Notes: generated by a model from the letters alone, not told the origin. DNA of 64,000 nt from an uncultured virus (IMG/VR IMGVR_UViG_2061766007_000856) (IMGVR_UViG_2061766007_000856); one strand, 5' to 3'; shown: positions 28,479 to 39,707, numbered from the stretch's first letter. Program-made: numbers and translations.

Positions 28479-31400
28479 ATTCCGATTCAAAGTTGCATGG
28501 CGGGATAATGTACGTTGGATGCGCCATATCCTTCCTGGGGAAATCAAACTGTCCCCACAGGACTGCATCGCCCATTGTACCGCCAGCACGGGAATGCACT
28601 CCCCCGTCAGCATATCCAGGAATATCCGTCCCGTCAAGGACAGAAACCGCAGGGCGCAAATGCTTCCTCACTGACCAGAAGTTTGCATGCGGCATGCCAG
28701 GGATGATAGACGGATCTGCGGAACGCCCGTTTGCATCGCAAGGGGCATTCAGTCCAAGACCGCCTTCAGACACTGGCATATACGGACGTTCAAGGCGCGG
28801 CATGGATACACGGCTCGTATAGAGGTCGGTGTTGTTCTCAAGCTCAATGGCATCCGGGTCCGCGGGAGCATTTTCCACCAGCTTCGGTATAGCCACCGGG
28901 TTGATGTCCATCGGCGAATACTTGTAGTACGGATGCATGATAATATCCTTCCACTCGGTGATATTGCCACACAGCGACTCGGACCACACACGAACGTCAT
29001 CAACAGTCGCTTCAAGGGCGTTAGCACCATAAAGCGGGGTGAGATACGACATCGGGGCCTGACGGTAGTCAACGGTGTACCACCGGCCAGCCTGTGCCGA
29101 GAACTTGAACTTCATGAACACACGAACATATCCGCTAGGGCCGGCAAATTCACCGGTTCCCGCAAATGCCGCCTTGTTGCGCCATGTCTTGCGAGCCTTC
29201 ACCGGAGGGGTACTCCAGTCCATATGGAGGGATGTTTCCATTTCAACCGCATTGAGGTTTACATCCAATGCATCCGCACTGGACGAGCGAGAAATGAAAT
29301 TGTCATCGACAATATCACGACGGGTTTCATCAGACATCGTGCATTCGTCTTCCGGCCACACCATGCGGGGAAGCAAAACCATGTCATCGTCCTGGTCCCA
29401 ATTTATTGGTATAGCGACGCGGGTGCCATCCCAGAACCGTACCGGCATCCTGGCACCAAACGGGCTAACCATCTTGCGTAACATGTCGGTGAGCGCGGTG
29501 GAACGGACGGATTCCTCATCATAGAACGGAAGGTTGGTTGCAGCGAAATCTACCGGGGTTTCAGCAGCATCGTTATAAGATGCCATAGGGTCTCCAGACA
29601 GGAATACCTTCTGCGCATCGGTCAGCTGAGGAATTGTATTCATATCGTCAAGTACCGGGATGGTATCGACGGAGAATACGTTTGCCGTTGCCGAATAGAT
29701 GTCCATCCACTTCTGATAATCGGCACTGTCAACCAGATAGTCATACGGTGTCCGGAAATCATAATCCAGTCCAGTCTTCCAGTTGTCTACACTCACCTTC
29801 TGCAATTCAGCGACACGGTTTGCGTCGTTGAACAGCGGGTGGGTTGCAGCATCAGGATCACTTGCAACACGGGCAGAAATCACGCTGCGGTAAGCAAATG
29901 CACGGTCATTCCCGAGCAATTTTACTTCACACGGTATTACTTCATGTCCATCCTTCGTTTCATAGTATGTATTACCATACTTGCTTTTAGCAAATCTAGC
30001 ATCATAACGTCCACTTACTGAACTATCAACAAACGGATTCGCACCAATAATAGAATTTCCCGCTACAGACGTATCCTGCCCGGACACAAGCACATATTCA
30101 GGCAGATGTCTAGCCTTGCTCAGCCATGCAGCGGAGGAAATCTTGTTATCCTGTACATCGGTTGTAGGTTCAACAGCATCATCCCATGTTGAAAAATATC
30201 CGGAAAGGTCTCCCGAAATGGGAGAGTCCGACACGCGAATCTTGGACGCACGGCTAATCTTCGGAAGCTTGCCGCCATGGAACAGGCGCATCTTTCTAAA
30301 ATCATCGGCGAACATTGTCACGGCCTTGCGAGCTTGGCGCACCGGGTTCGTGGCAGCGCCATCCCAGGCTTCACCGTCAAATTCAATTCGCACCTGAGAA
30401 CCAATGACAGACTTGTCGCTAGAACCGGCGAAACTGCATCTGGAATACTTAACCGGCATAGTATCTGCCGTGAATCCATAACATGCATCGCCATACCCGA
30501 AGAAACTGAGCGTGTCAGGGAAATCAATCAACTTGCGGTTGGAATTCCAAATCATTGCAGACACGGAGTTTTCACCAAGGTCCCATTCGTCCGTCATGAG
30601 CCTGTCAAGATGCTTCATCTTGTGACGACCGACAAGCGCCCACGGGAAGGTATTCGTAACCGTAGGATAGACCGTAGCGACTATCTGTCGCGCATCGCCC
30701 ACGCACACACCCTGACGGCCATCATCAGAATTAGGCTCCCGAGGCTTGATGAACTTGTTGAACTCGTCAAGTTTTCCCCGCGTACCAGAACCAGCATCGC
30801 CTCCAAGCGTAGCGTCAGTTCTGCTGTATAGACCAAGCAAGTTGTCAGTTCCAGTCGACTTGCCTTCTTCATCCAGGTAAGCCACACCGCAAATACGCAT
30901 CTTCGTATCGCGAAGACGGGATGTGTATGGATAGCCTTCAAGGCTCGAAATGACAATATGGCCAGGTTCATTACGAGTGAGAACGCCAGACATATCGGTG
31001 TATCTCGGGCAATTCAAGCCGCCATCGAGAGTAAACCTGATTTGCGTCCCCATTCCCATCGGCACCGGCTCACCGTCTTCCATGACCGTGAACGGTTCAA
31101 CGTCCGGATCAACAATTTCAATCTTGCCAGTCGAATAAGTGCGTTCCCCGGTCTGGGAGCTTTCGCGCCACACCACTTCGGTATCGCTAAATTTCCAATG
31201 CCCGCTGAGGACAATGACCCTTGGGCTTGAAATGTAGGCATAGTATGCGCTTAGTTTCTGTGCATCCGTTCCATTGCCGTAACTGTCCTGGCCCTGAACA
31301 ACAGGCAACGAAACGGTCAACTCGATTTCATCGCCATCCTGGGTATCAATCGGAGCCGGGAGATGGACAAAAGTAGTCTTGAAGCTGGTATTGCCATCAC

Positions 31401-32787
31401 TGTCGGCACTAAAGTCATTGTTCACGCACAAATGCACGCGGTTTGAAATGCTGTGCGCCTTTACTAATTCACCCAAGCCGGAGCATTCAGGACATGAAAG
31501 TCCTTCATATATCCCGGTACCGCCGCACATGGGGCAAGTCTCGGTAATGTCAAAGTTAAGACCGCCCAGCTTACCGGATCCAGTCATGATGGGGGTTTTC
31601 AGCAGGGTAATGTTATTTTCGACATCGCTGCCCGTAAATCTGCTAACCGGAGTAAACGGCCAATCCCTCGGCAGCTTGCCGTCACTGTCAGTCCGCTTCG
31701 TACCAATAGAAAATGTCGTAACAGGCGATTCCACAGGAATGCCATCATTTTCCTTTGGGTGACGATGATAGGAACACATATTGCCATATGTGCATTCGCC
31801 GCTACTAAAGCCGCCTAGACCAAAACCCTCAACAGTTACTGAATCGCCCCCGTTGTGCGAATGCCCAAGTTCGACATCGCCGCATTCAACAAACCAGCGG
31901 GTAAGCTTACCGGCACCCGCAAGGTCTCCCGGTTCAGACATCGGGTGAGTCGCATTGGCTATGATTTCACCGGCCTTTTCTTCAACATACTCCATTACTT
32001 CGCGGTCGCTGTAACCATGGCGGATATGCCCGCACACCTGGCTGTTATCAATCGACGCAGGGTCATTGTACGGATTTTCACCATAAGGCAATTCGCTCGG
32101 GTCCATCTGCACATGGGCGATTGAAGCAAGCCTGACCCACGGTTCACCGTCGCCGGTAACCTGGTATAGGCCATTTTCGGCAGGATTCTTCTGTGCAGTA
32201 AGAAGCACATTCTTGCGGTCTACATTCAAGACTACATTTATCCGTCCCGCACCAACACGGCCCGTAATCTTGCACCCGTCAACCTTAGTATAGAATACAG
32301 TATATCCATCATCATCAAGTTCGGGGTTGCGCACATTTGCCGATGATGCAAATAAATCAGTTACCGAGTAATCCTCGTACCCGGCATTCCCAAACGTTAT
32401 TGAGCCGACGGTTTCCAATGCACTTACAATGTCACCGGGAACTTTCACCCGATAGGTCTTTGTTGCCGCATCGGTACATTCCAGCAATTCAACAGGTATC
32501 CGAATTTCAGTCCCATCCAACTCACCCACCGGTGAACCGATTTCAATATCGGCCTGGGTGGAAGCGCTTGGAGTGTCGATGCTGAAATTTTTAGACTGGG
32601 GAAATTCCGGATTTCCCTTGGCAAGGCATTCCCGGTCATCGTTGCATATGCCGATATCCGGGAAGCCAAGCGGATTCACCGGATAAACACCATGCACATC
32701 GGGAGTCGTTGCTGTTACAGGATCCAGGGAAGGCGATGTGACATATTCATGGATAGTGGTTTTATCCTTATGTACATACTCGGTCAT
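28477..32787 (-). CDS. Large virion structural protein with CxxCxGxG zinc-finger motifs
   Basis: 1436-aa ORF; VLLT.Q....ENG.Y.V tail motif; CPMCGGTG...CPECSGLG. Confidence 0.7.
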   Translation of the reverse strand: MTEYVHKDKTTIHEYVTSPSLDPVTATTPDVHGVYPVNPLGFPDIGICNDDRECLAKGNPEFPQSKNFSIDTPSASTQADIEIGSPVGELDGTEIRIPVELLECTDAATKTYRVKVPGDIVSALETVGSITFGNAGYEDYSVTDLFASSANVRNPELDDDGYTVFYTKVDGCKITGRVGAGRINVVLNVDRKNVLLTAQKNPAENGLYQVTGDGEPWVRLASIAHVQMDPSELPYGENPYNDPASIDNSQVCGHIRHGYSDREVMEYVEEKAGEIIANATHPMSEPGDLAGAGKLTRWFVECGDVELGHSHNGGDSVTVEGFGLGGFSSGECTYGNMCSYHRHPKENDGIPVESPVTTFSIGTKRTDSDGKLPRDWPFTPVSRFTGSDVENNITLLKTPIMTGSGKLGGLNFDITETCPMCGGTGIYEGLSCPECSGLGELVKAHSISNRVHLCVNNDFSADSDGNTSFKTTFVHLPAPIDTQDGDEIELTVSLPVVQGQDSYGNGTDAQKLSAYYAYISSPRVIVLSGHWKFSDTEVVWRESSQTGERTYSTGKIEIVDPDVEPFTVMEDGEPVPMGMGTQIRFTLDGGLNCPRYTDMSGVLTRNEPGHIVISSLEGYPYTSRLRDTKMRICGVAYLDEEGKSTGTDNLLGLYSRTDATLGGDAGSGTRGKLDEFNKFIKPREPNSDDGRQGVCVGDARQIVATVYPTVTNTFPWALVGRHKMKHLDRLMTDEWDLGENSVSAMIWNSNRKLIDFPDTLSFFGYGDACYGFTADTMPVKYSRCSFAGSSDKSVIGSQVRIEFDGEAWDGAATNPVRQARKAVTMFADDFRKMRLFHGGKLPKISRASKIRVSDSPISGDLSGYFSTWDDAVEPTTDVQDNKISSAAWLSKARHLPEYVLVSGQDTSVAGNSIIGANPFVDSSVSGRYDARFAKSKYGNTYYETKDGHEVIPCEVKLLGNDRAFAYRSVISARVASDPDAATHPLFNDANRVAELQKVSVDNWKTGLDYDFRTPYDYLVDSADYQKWMDIYSATANVFSVDTIPVLDDMNTIPQLTDAQKVFLSGDPMASYNDAAETPVDFAATNLPFYDEESVRSTALTDMLRKMVSPFGARMPVRFWDGTRVAIPINWDQDDDMVLLPRMVWPEDECTMSDETRRDIVDDNFISRSSSADALDVNLNAVEMETSLHMDWSTPPVKARKTWRNKAAFAGTGEFAGPSGYVRVFMKFKFSAQAGRWYTVDYRQAPMSYLTPLYGANALEATVDDVRVWSESLCGNITEWKDIIMHPYYKYSPMDINPVAIPKLVENAPADPDAIELENNTDLYTSRVSMPRLERPYMPVSEGGLGLNAPCDANGRSADPSIIPGMPHANFWSVRKHLRPAVSVLDGTDIPGYADGGVHSRAGGTMGDAVLWGQFDFPRKDMAHPTYIIPPCNFESE

Positions 32788-32795
32788 CGGTCCTC

Positions 32796-34700
32796 CTAAT
32801 CCTCAATTCTGTTCCGGAAACTATCATCTACCAGCACGGGCGACAGGTCAACACTAGAGAACGGATCCTGCACGAGCGGGAACCCTGCCGTTTCGACGCC
32901 ATATGTATCATCAGAAGGCGTACTAGGATCGACAAATCCGTTTGGACTCAGGAACACATGGTCGGGGAGCTGATAATAGTCGTAGGTCTTCCATGCCATG
33001 TCCTCAGCCGAATAGACGAATTTCGCCTTGACGAGAACCGGGCGGTTAGGCACTGCGATGTTCTCGGAGAACACGTAGAAATTCGTCAGTCTAGCCATGC
33101 TGAACTTTGCGATAGGAGCAGCATTGCAATCCATGCGTTCGCGGCTAGGAATGCTGTACACGTAAATCTGGGCCTTGTTGATAATGAGGTCAGCCGTTTC
33201 ATGACCGTTGTATGCCGGATTCGGCCATATACGGAACAGGAATTCAAATGTGCGTCCGTTCTTCGGATACACCAGCTGTCCATCGACTACCGATTCAACA
33301 GGAAGGTAGATAATCAACCCCTGGTCAAGGTCAGGGCCATCGTAATTTATAATGTTGCACTGCTTGCATGCAGGATTTGCATGGTCAAAAATCATTGACG
33401 CGCTGTAATTCTGCTTGTCCAGGACACCCTTCGAGGTATCAGTCGAATACACGTGGTTTGCTGACCATTTTGGGGAAGTTCCCGGCCATTCAACATAATT
33501 GGCAGTGTCGAATATCGCAAGCCCACCATTGTCCTCGGATGTTCCTCCAACAATGCGGACATTCGCCTTCGCTTCTATATCCGGTACGTTGTCGGCAGCC
33601 CCATCGCTTGTCCGGAGGAGAACCAGCGATTCGATGTCGGTCGTAGCAGTCCATCGAACTGCGTTAGTCTTGCTGAAGTCAGATGTAACAGGCAGAAGGA
33701 TTACTGACGGATGTTGCCACCCGTCATTGTAAACTCGCTCAGGAGCCGAATTTGCTTCGGTACGAATGTCATACGGAGGGTATGGGTAGGCAGTATCTTC
33801 GCCGGTATAGACAAAGAATTCGGCATACTTGTAGTCAGTATCGGTTTCATCCGGGTCATACAGATACACCTTGCCATGTTCCAGCGCCTTGCCTTCGGAA
33901 TACACGTCACAATAGTATTCCCAGCCGCTTGACGGGGAACTTGGAACTGAACGAGTCACCGACCCGGTAGGACGGTAAACCTTGTTTCCATAGACAGCAA
34001 ACACGTATTCGCTTGTCCTTCCACCACGGTATGAATTTATGTGGGAAAGGTCCCAGCGATCAACCACGGTGGACGTGTTGGTTTCATTGATGCTTTCATC
34101 CTTGGCAATACTTGTGTTCACCCACCGTAGCGTGGAATACCCATTCTCCGGGAAATAAACACGGAGGAACTGTCCGGGTATATAATCCGTGCTTGCCTTC
34201 ACGCCATTCATGATGCTGATCTCGCCGCGGCTACGGTCACTCTCCGACACATGTCCAAGCAATGTGTTGGTGCCGACGGACAGAACTTCCATACGTTTCG
34301 TTTCATCATACAGAATCGCACTAAGGCACAGTTTCCATGTCGCACCGCAGCCTTCGTTTACAGTGATTCGGATATCGACCTTGTCGTTATTCGAGGGGTC
34401 TTCCGAAATCATTGCGGAAAGCGGCAAGCGCTGAATATACGAGTATGAACCCCTCCATGAGTACGGATCGGCTATGTTGCCCCCGTTGCCCTCAGCGGCA
34501 CGCTTGGTTGGGAAAGTATAATCGACTACCCCCGGTTCCGTATCGCACATGAGCCGGACCGTGACATCCTTCAGTTTGCTGTTATTCCATTCAACAAGAC
34601 CATTCAGGATGGATTCGTAGTTAAACCTGGCCTTCGCCAAATCCGCAGTAAGATGTTCCAGCGGATTGATATCCCGAATGTTAAATTTCTGTGTACCCAT
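32796..34700 (-). CDS. Putative virion structural protein
   Basis: 634-aa ORF, translationally coupled within the tail cluster. Confidence 0.65.
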   Translation of the reverse strand: MGTQKFNIRDINPLEHLTADLAKARFNYESILNGLVEWNNSKLKDVTVRLMCDTEPGVVDYTFPTKRAAEGNGGNIADPYSWRGSYSYIQRLPLSAMISEDPSNNDKVDIRITVNEGCGATWKLCLSAILYDETKRMEVLSVGTNTLLGHVSESDRSRGEISIMNGVKASTDYIPGQFLRVYFPENGYSTLRWVNTSIAKDESINETNTSTVVDRWDLSHINSYRGGRTSEYVFAVYGNKVYRPTGSVTRSVPSSPSSGWEYYCDVYSEGKALEHGKVYLYDPDETDTDYKYAEFFVYTGEDTAYPYPPYDIRTEANSAPERVYNDGWQHPSVILLPVTSDFSKTNAVRWTATTDIESLVLLRTSDGAADNVPDIEAKANVRIVGGTSEDNGGLAIFDTANYVEWPGTSPKWSANHVYSTDTSKGVLDKQNYSASMIFDHANPACKQCNIINYDGPDLDQGLIIYLPVESVVDGQLVYPKNGRTFEFLFRIWPNPAYNGHETADLIINKAQIYVYSIPSRERMDCNAAPIAKFSMARLTNFYVFSENIAVPNRPVLVKAKFVYSAEDMAWKTYDYYQLPDHVFLSPNGFVDPSTPSDDTYGVETAGFPLVQDPFSSVDLSPVLVDDSFRNRIED

Positions 34701-37700
34701 TAGTCAGCATCCTCGTTGTAGACCCCAGTAAGGGTAATGGACATTTTGGTTCCTTTGACCTGGCTTGGATTCTTGATCAGGAACTGTAACATGTTATTTG
34801 GGTTGTAATATGATCCCAAAATTCCCAACGGAGTGTTATTCAGCTTAGCCATCGTGCAGGTCACCGATACGCCCTGATGTCCAGCTCCGCTTAGCACGAA
34901 ACTGTCGGAGATTCCAAGCGCTTCAAGCGGAGAGCTGTTTAACACCAGCAACACTTCGGTGTACTTGACCTGTGGCAAGATATCCACTGCAGGGAAGGCA
35001 ATTTCCATTGAACATGCGACCACCGAACCAATCCGCTTGATTGTAATATCAGTGAGGCTATATTCCGGTGCCCGCAAGGAAGGCATGGCATATACCAAGC
35101 CGGTAAGGACAGGCACTACGCTAAATGGATGCGCATTGCGGGTAGTGTAACTGCCAAAGTACCCAGCCATGTCATTATCAATCGGGAATTCGACATTTCC
35201 CATCACGAACGTTCCTTCATCAGTAGATGTCGGGCGATTAAACGCTCCGCTTCCATCGCCCAATGCCCTAAAGAACATCCCGGAAACCGTGTTCTTCGTA
35301 ATACGGAATGTCTTGTTCAGACATGACTTGTCCAAATCCGACATGTATGCAAGTTCTTCGGTCACATAGGTGTCGCTTGGCATTACCCCGCCGTTACCGG
35401 TACCGGAAATGAACGAATTGATGACCTTCGGATGCGGCGGGTTAGCAGCATCCTTATCGGCAACTGTCAAGCCCGGAAGAGCAAGACATGCCACGTCATA
35501 TCCAGGAACGCCATCCGTGTTCACGTAAGCAACCGCCGAGTTGATGATATGGAAAGCCCTGCCCTGGTTAGCATCCCAGGAACCAGTACGCTTTTCAGGA
35601 AGATTCAACCGGTTGGCAACAGGTGTCGCGCCGGCATTCCCTTCATTCACGCCAAAGAAGAAGCCGCTCTGTGCAATCACGTTCGGATAGTCTACACAAT
35701 GCCCATTGGCGCCAAAGACATGCGTATAGTCATTCTGTGCATCGTGATACACCCAGAAAGACCTTGCATCGTCCGTCGTCGTGAGAGCGCCCCAGGTGTT
35801 ACCTGTAAAAAGCAATCCCTTAAAAGTAGCTGCAATGTAGCCACTATTGTAGAACGACATGTCATAGCTTTCATCAAGGTTCCGGATATCCATGCCATGT
35901 TCAGAATAAATCGCAACACCTTTATCACCAACGTCAGTACCGATGGGGCCCTGCTGAAGGAGGGAATCGTAATTTCTGTCAGAACCTACGTAACTGGTGG
36001 CATTGATTACCACCGTACCCGCATTACTTTCAAGACAGGCGGTAACATCATGTGTCTGCGACAAATAGCTCGAACCGGAACGCACGAATGTAAGATGGCT
36101 ACTTTCAACGTCAACACCGTTCCTATACAACCCAGATTCGACGCGGGTATCATTCACCCATGAATATCCGGTATATGTACCTTCGCCGCTATGCATCAGC
36201 CATGCGCCGCTTGCGACGAACATCGCATCGTAGTCACGATACGGGATTCCCGCATAATCGCTGACACCAATGCTTGCGGAACGGCTTGCCGTCTGCATAT
36301 AGCCGTAACCCGGAGCAACCACAAGACCATTACGCCTAAAGGAATCCGTACCGACATAGGACGAACCCGTACCGACCACAAACTTCGCATCGCGTTCACC
36401 ACGGTTCATCTGGCCGACAACCGTCTGGTTGACACCGGCGGTGAACGTATTGTAGTTCAATGCGGTAGACGCTTCACCCGGATGCCATTCCTTGGGTGTC
36501 AGCGGTGTACCTGAATAGTTGATTTCACCAAGGGTCAAGCCGACACGGCTGATGTAACCACCGGACACCAGCATCGAGTTGAGCGATTCGCCCTTCGGGA
36601 TAGAACCGTCAAGCTGGACAAGGTAGTCGTCATTTTGGCGAGTGACCTTGACAACCTTAAAATACAGCGGCTTGTAGGCATATCCATCAACGGCAGTCGG
36701 GACAACGGAACCGGTCTCCACCTTTCTTGTCTGTGCATAGATGACGACATCATCGCCAGCCGCAATGTTGATGTGGTCGAAACCGTTTTCAGTAACGTAC
36801 ACATTTGAAATGCGTACAGTATCGCGGCCACCGCCTTCAAGAACACTCTCGCCACCATCATTGATTATGCAGTTTCCGGTGACAGGATCCTTGATTACTT
36901 CGCAATCGACAACCTTGGGTGTCGAGTTATCCCCTTCGATGATAAACGGGTAGGTGTAATCGCCCGAAACCGTTTCGCGGTTTAATGCGGATGAATAAGG
37001 CCCGATTGCATGAACAGCATAATTGGCTGCAAGCGTATCCTCGCCGACGGTCGTATTTATGTAACCGCTTGCCACCATGGACTGCGGACCAATAGCCAAT
37101 GCGCGGACACCGCCAACAGTGGCAGAATCTGTGCCGTACGCAATGTTCAACAGGCCACCAAGCGCGACGGAACGTTCGCCAAGCGCATAAGTTTCATATC
37201 CAAAACTCATGCTGTATTTGGTTTCACCATAGTTTTCAAGACGCTGAACCGGATTGCTGTGGTACCCAAGTACAATACGGGGAGCAGTCACTTCAATGGA
37301 TTCGTCAATATCCCACACCCAACTTTTGCCACCACCAACATGTTCCTCGCCATCCCCGGGCATGCCGGTAATCGCGAGCTTGTTGTAGCCGCTAGGGAAC
37401 AGATAGGTTTCGTACTGAGAAAAACTCTTGGTTGACAAGTCCGCATCATAAAGCGGGGTACGCAGGTTGAGCGGAATCGGGGCGCTGTTCGTCACCAGCT
37501 TTGGCGATGACGAATTCCGGATGAGGTCCAACCAAAAGTCCGTGCCTTCCTCGTCCTTGTTTGTGGAAACAAGATAAAGTATCTTGGAGTGCGTGACGAT
37601 AGACTTGGTCACGGACTGGTCATCGCCAGTCCATTTTGCGTCGCACCGGGCAACGATATCATCAAATTCTTCCTGCTTATTGGTGAACGGCTCATACCCA

Positions 37701-37915
37701 TACGAACCATTCGCCCAGCACTGGTAGAAGTCGTAAAGACGGAAGATGTCCGCCCGTGTCAGGGTAAGTTCCTTCCCATAGCGCCGGACCGTATATCCAT
37801 TGGATGAACCGGCTGCAATGCACGAGCGTACCAGTGCATTCAACACGGCGCGTGAATTGTAAGTTAGCGCATCAATCTGCTTGGTCAACTTGTACATCGT
37901 ATCCATTGTATCCAT
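34700..37915 (-). CDS. Tail fibre/spike-like protein with YadA-like repeats
   Basis: A.G..S.A.G repeats; NQTVVGQMN....FVVG.G......RRNG..V motif shared with 6071..10537. Confidence 0.7.
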   Translation of the reverse strand: MDTMDTMYKLTKQIDALTYNSRAVLNALVRSCIAAGSSNGYTVRRYGKELTLTRADIFRLYDFYQCWANGSYGYEPFTNKQEEFDDIVARCDAKWTGDDQSVTKSIVTHSKILYLVSTNKDEEGTDFWLDLIRNSSSPKLVTNSAPIPLNLRTPLYDADLSTKSFSQYETYLFPSGYNKLAITGMPGDGEEHVGGGKSWVWDIDESIEVTAPRIVLGYHSNPVQRLENYGETKYSMSFGYETYALGERSVALGGLLNIAYGTDSATVGGVRALAIGPQSMVASGYINTTVGEDTLAANYAVHAIGPYSSALNRETVSGDYTYPFIIEGDNSTPKVVDCEVIKDPVTGNCIINDGGESVLEGGGRDTVRISNVYVTENGFDHINIAAGDDVVIYAQTRKVETGSVVPTAVDGYAYKPLYFKVVKVTRQNDDYLVQLDGSIPKGESLNSMLVSGGYISRVGLTLGEINYSGTPLTPKEWHPGEASTALNYNTFTAGVNQTVVGQMNRGERDAKFVVGTGSSYVGTDSFRRNGLVVAPGYGYMQTASRSASIGVSDYAGIPYRDYDAMFVASGAWLMHSGEGTYTGYSWVNDTRVESGLYRNGVDVESSHLTFVRSGSSYLSQTHDVTACLESNAGTVVINATSYVGSDRNYDSLLQQGPIGTDVGDKGVAIYSEHGMDIRNLDESYDMSFYNSGYIAATFKGLLFTGNTWGALTTTDDARSFWVYHDAQNDYTHVFGANGHCVDYPNVIAQSGFFFGVNEGNAGATPVANRLNLPEKRTGSWDANQGRAFHIINSAVAYVNTDGVPGYDVACLALPGLTVADKDAANPPHPKVINSFISGTGNGGVMPSDTYVTEELAYMSDLDKSCLNKTFRITKNTVSGMFFRALGDGSGAFNRPTSTDEGTFVMGNVEFPIDNDMAGYFGSYTTRNAHPFSVVPVLTGLVYAMPSLRAPEYSLTDITIKRIGSVVACSMEIAFPAVDILPQVKYTEVLLVLNSSPLEALGISDSFVLSGAGHQGVSVTCTMAKLNNTPLGILGSYYNPNNMLQFLIKNPSQVKGTKMSITLTGVYNEDAD

Positions 37916-37939
37916 CGGTAACCACCATTAGATTCTATG

Positions 37940-37987
37940 AAAAACGCCCACATGCGAGCCTTCCGACCGTCATGTGGGCATATTTTG
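37940..37987 (-). terminator. Terminator-like hairpin
   Basis: GCCCACATG-16nt-CATGTGGGC followed by GTTTTT on minus strand. Confidence 0.65.
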
Positions 37988-38000
37988 ACTCTCGGTCTAC

Positions 38001-38008
38001 AGCTTATA
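38001..38008 (-). promoter_or_regulatory. Late promoter variant TATAAGCT
   Basis: Intergenic; same variant at 53957 and 54732. Confidence 0.6.
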
Positions 38009-38022
38009 AGATTTTAGACCCC

Positions 38023-39156
38023 TTAAATGGCAAAACTTCCGAACCCGCCGATGCCACCACCGATGGGCCCGCAGTTGGCCATGCCCATGAACCCGCCATC
38101 CTCGACATGTTCAAGAGGCATCGGTTCGGCAGTCTTCAAGTCATAGATTTCCTGCCGCTCGATAGCCACATCGACATTGTTGATTAGGCTGGTGATATAA
38201 TGGCGGTCGTAGATCTTGCGACTGTGCCACAGCGTGGTCTTGTCGCTTCCATTCAGGCGCATCACCTGCATAAGGCACTTTTTCGCCATATGGTAGTTCT
38301 TGGTAATGAACTGGTACCGGGCGCGGTAGAAATACCCTTCCGGACGGTCGGGATATTCCTCAATCATCTGCATAGCCCTTGCACCGAGGTCTTCAATGTC
38401 CGGAACGCCAATCAGGTAGATTTCACAGATGGTTTCCAGGGACTTGAACCGGTTTTCATTATTCACCGTCGGGAACTCGTCAACTACGACGGCATACCAC
38501 TCGGCAGCCTTTCCAAGGTCTTTCATGTCCTTGTAGGAGTTTCCAAGATAGAACGCACCTCGCTGAGTACGGTCCTGTTTCCAAGCCTTTTCGAGGGCCT
38601 TTAGGTTACGGCGTACATCGCGGGTATTCTTGTAATTCTCGAATACATAGCGAATCCTGACGCCATTCGTATGGCCATTGGGATCTTCCATCGTTTCGTG
38701 AATCATTCCGGTAAAATGCGCCTTGTCCCTGCGCATGATGCGCACTCGCGGGAACTGGAAGGTGCTGGATACCTTGGTATCCATGACGATACTCGCTTCC
38801 GGATTCTTGGCAACGATAGCCTCGAACTCTCTGCGGGCTCCCCTGCCATCCTTCAAGATGTCATTTGCATCCACCCACATGACATAGTCGCAGTGGGCAA
38901 GCGAGATGGCATAGTTCTTTGCCGCCCCGAAGTCGAATATGCCGTCCTCATCATGAAACTTGCTTCCGACTTCATCGACAATGAAACCAGGATTCTGGTG
39001 CTTTGTACGCCACTCCTTAATCAATTCCACCGTACCGTCGGTAGAACCGGTGTCCACGATGACATACTCGTTCGCCATAGGAAGGAGAGCATCAAGACAT
39101 TTGACGATGCTACCCTTCCCATTCCGGATTACTATGCAGGCACTGAGTGTAGCCAT
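38023..39156 (-). CDS. GT2 glycosyltransferase with TPR domain
   Basis: LSACIVIRN, VIVDTGSTDGT, DFGAAKN.A...A..DYVMWVDAND, F.G.IHE, then TPR-like FYLGNSY and EGYFYRA. Confidence 0.9.
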   Translation of the reverse strand: MATLSACIVIRNGKGSIVKCLDALLPMANEYVIVDTGSTDGTVELIKEWRTKHQNPGFIVDEVGSKFHDEDGIFDFGAAKNYAISLAHCDYVMWVDANDILKDGRGARREFEAIVAKNPEASIVMDTKVSSTFQFPRVRIMRRDKAHFTGMIHETMEDPNGHTNGVRIRYVFENYKNTRDVRRNLKALEKAWKQDRTQRGAFYLGNSYKDMKDLGKAAEWYAVVVDEFPTVNNENRFKSLETICEIYLIGVPDIEDLGARAMQMIEEYPDRPEGYFYRARYQFITKNYHMAKKCLMQVMRLNGSDKTTLWHSRKIYDRHYITSLINNVDVAIERQEIYDLKTAEPMPLEHVEDGGFMGMANCGPIGGGIGGFGSFAI

Positions 39157-39158
39157 GC

Positions 39159-39653
39159 TTATTCCCTTACGATACCGTTACCGTCGTTGAACAAGACATT
39201 CCAAACCTGCCAATCGTCACGGTCGATGATAATCGGCGGAAGTTCATCCGGAGTAATCGTCCTGAGTTCAACTTCAATGTCTTCGGCAAGCGTTTCGTTG
39301 CGAGCCTTGTTGATTTCGTCCTGGGCCTTGATGGCATCTTCATACGGTTCGGCATAGACCTTGATGCGTTCTTCAAGCGCACTCATCTGTTCCTTGTCAA
39401 GCTTGGCCAAGTCGGCATTGGTATTGACACCGGCGTCATGGAGGATCTTGAGACGGCCACGTTCGTATTCAACCCACTTTTCATCATTCGGGAAGCCTTC
39501 GTCAATTTCCTTGGCTTCTTCGTTGCACCGCTTCATGTTGACCGAGAATGCATAGCGGACCTTACTCGGAATCGGGTTGCCGAAAATCTTGTCGGCGTTT
39601 GCGAAGATGCTGCGGAGTTCAAAAAGATAGCTGCGCTTTACTGTCATTTTCAT
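39159..39653 (-). CDS. Helical hypothetical protein
   Basis: Coupled to the GT gene; charged helical composition. Confidence 0.65.
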   Translation of the reverse strand: MKMTVKRSYLFELRSIFANADKIFGNPIPSKVRYAFSVNMKRCNEEAKEIDEGFPNDEKWVEYERGRLKILHDAGVNTNADLAKLDKEQMSALEERIKVYAEPYEDAIKAQDEINKARNETLAEDIEVELRTITPDELPPIIIDRDDWQVWNVLFNDGNGIVRE

Positions 39654-39707
39654 AAGGGTTTCTTCCTTGTTACGCTTTGTTACGCCAAAAAACTACATCA
39701 GATGTAG

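Noticed and set aside
37921..38020. tRNA gene in the larger intergenic gaps
   Set aside because: No cloverleaf or T-loop signature found; only simple hairpins
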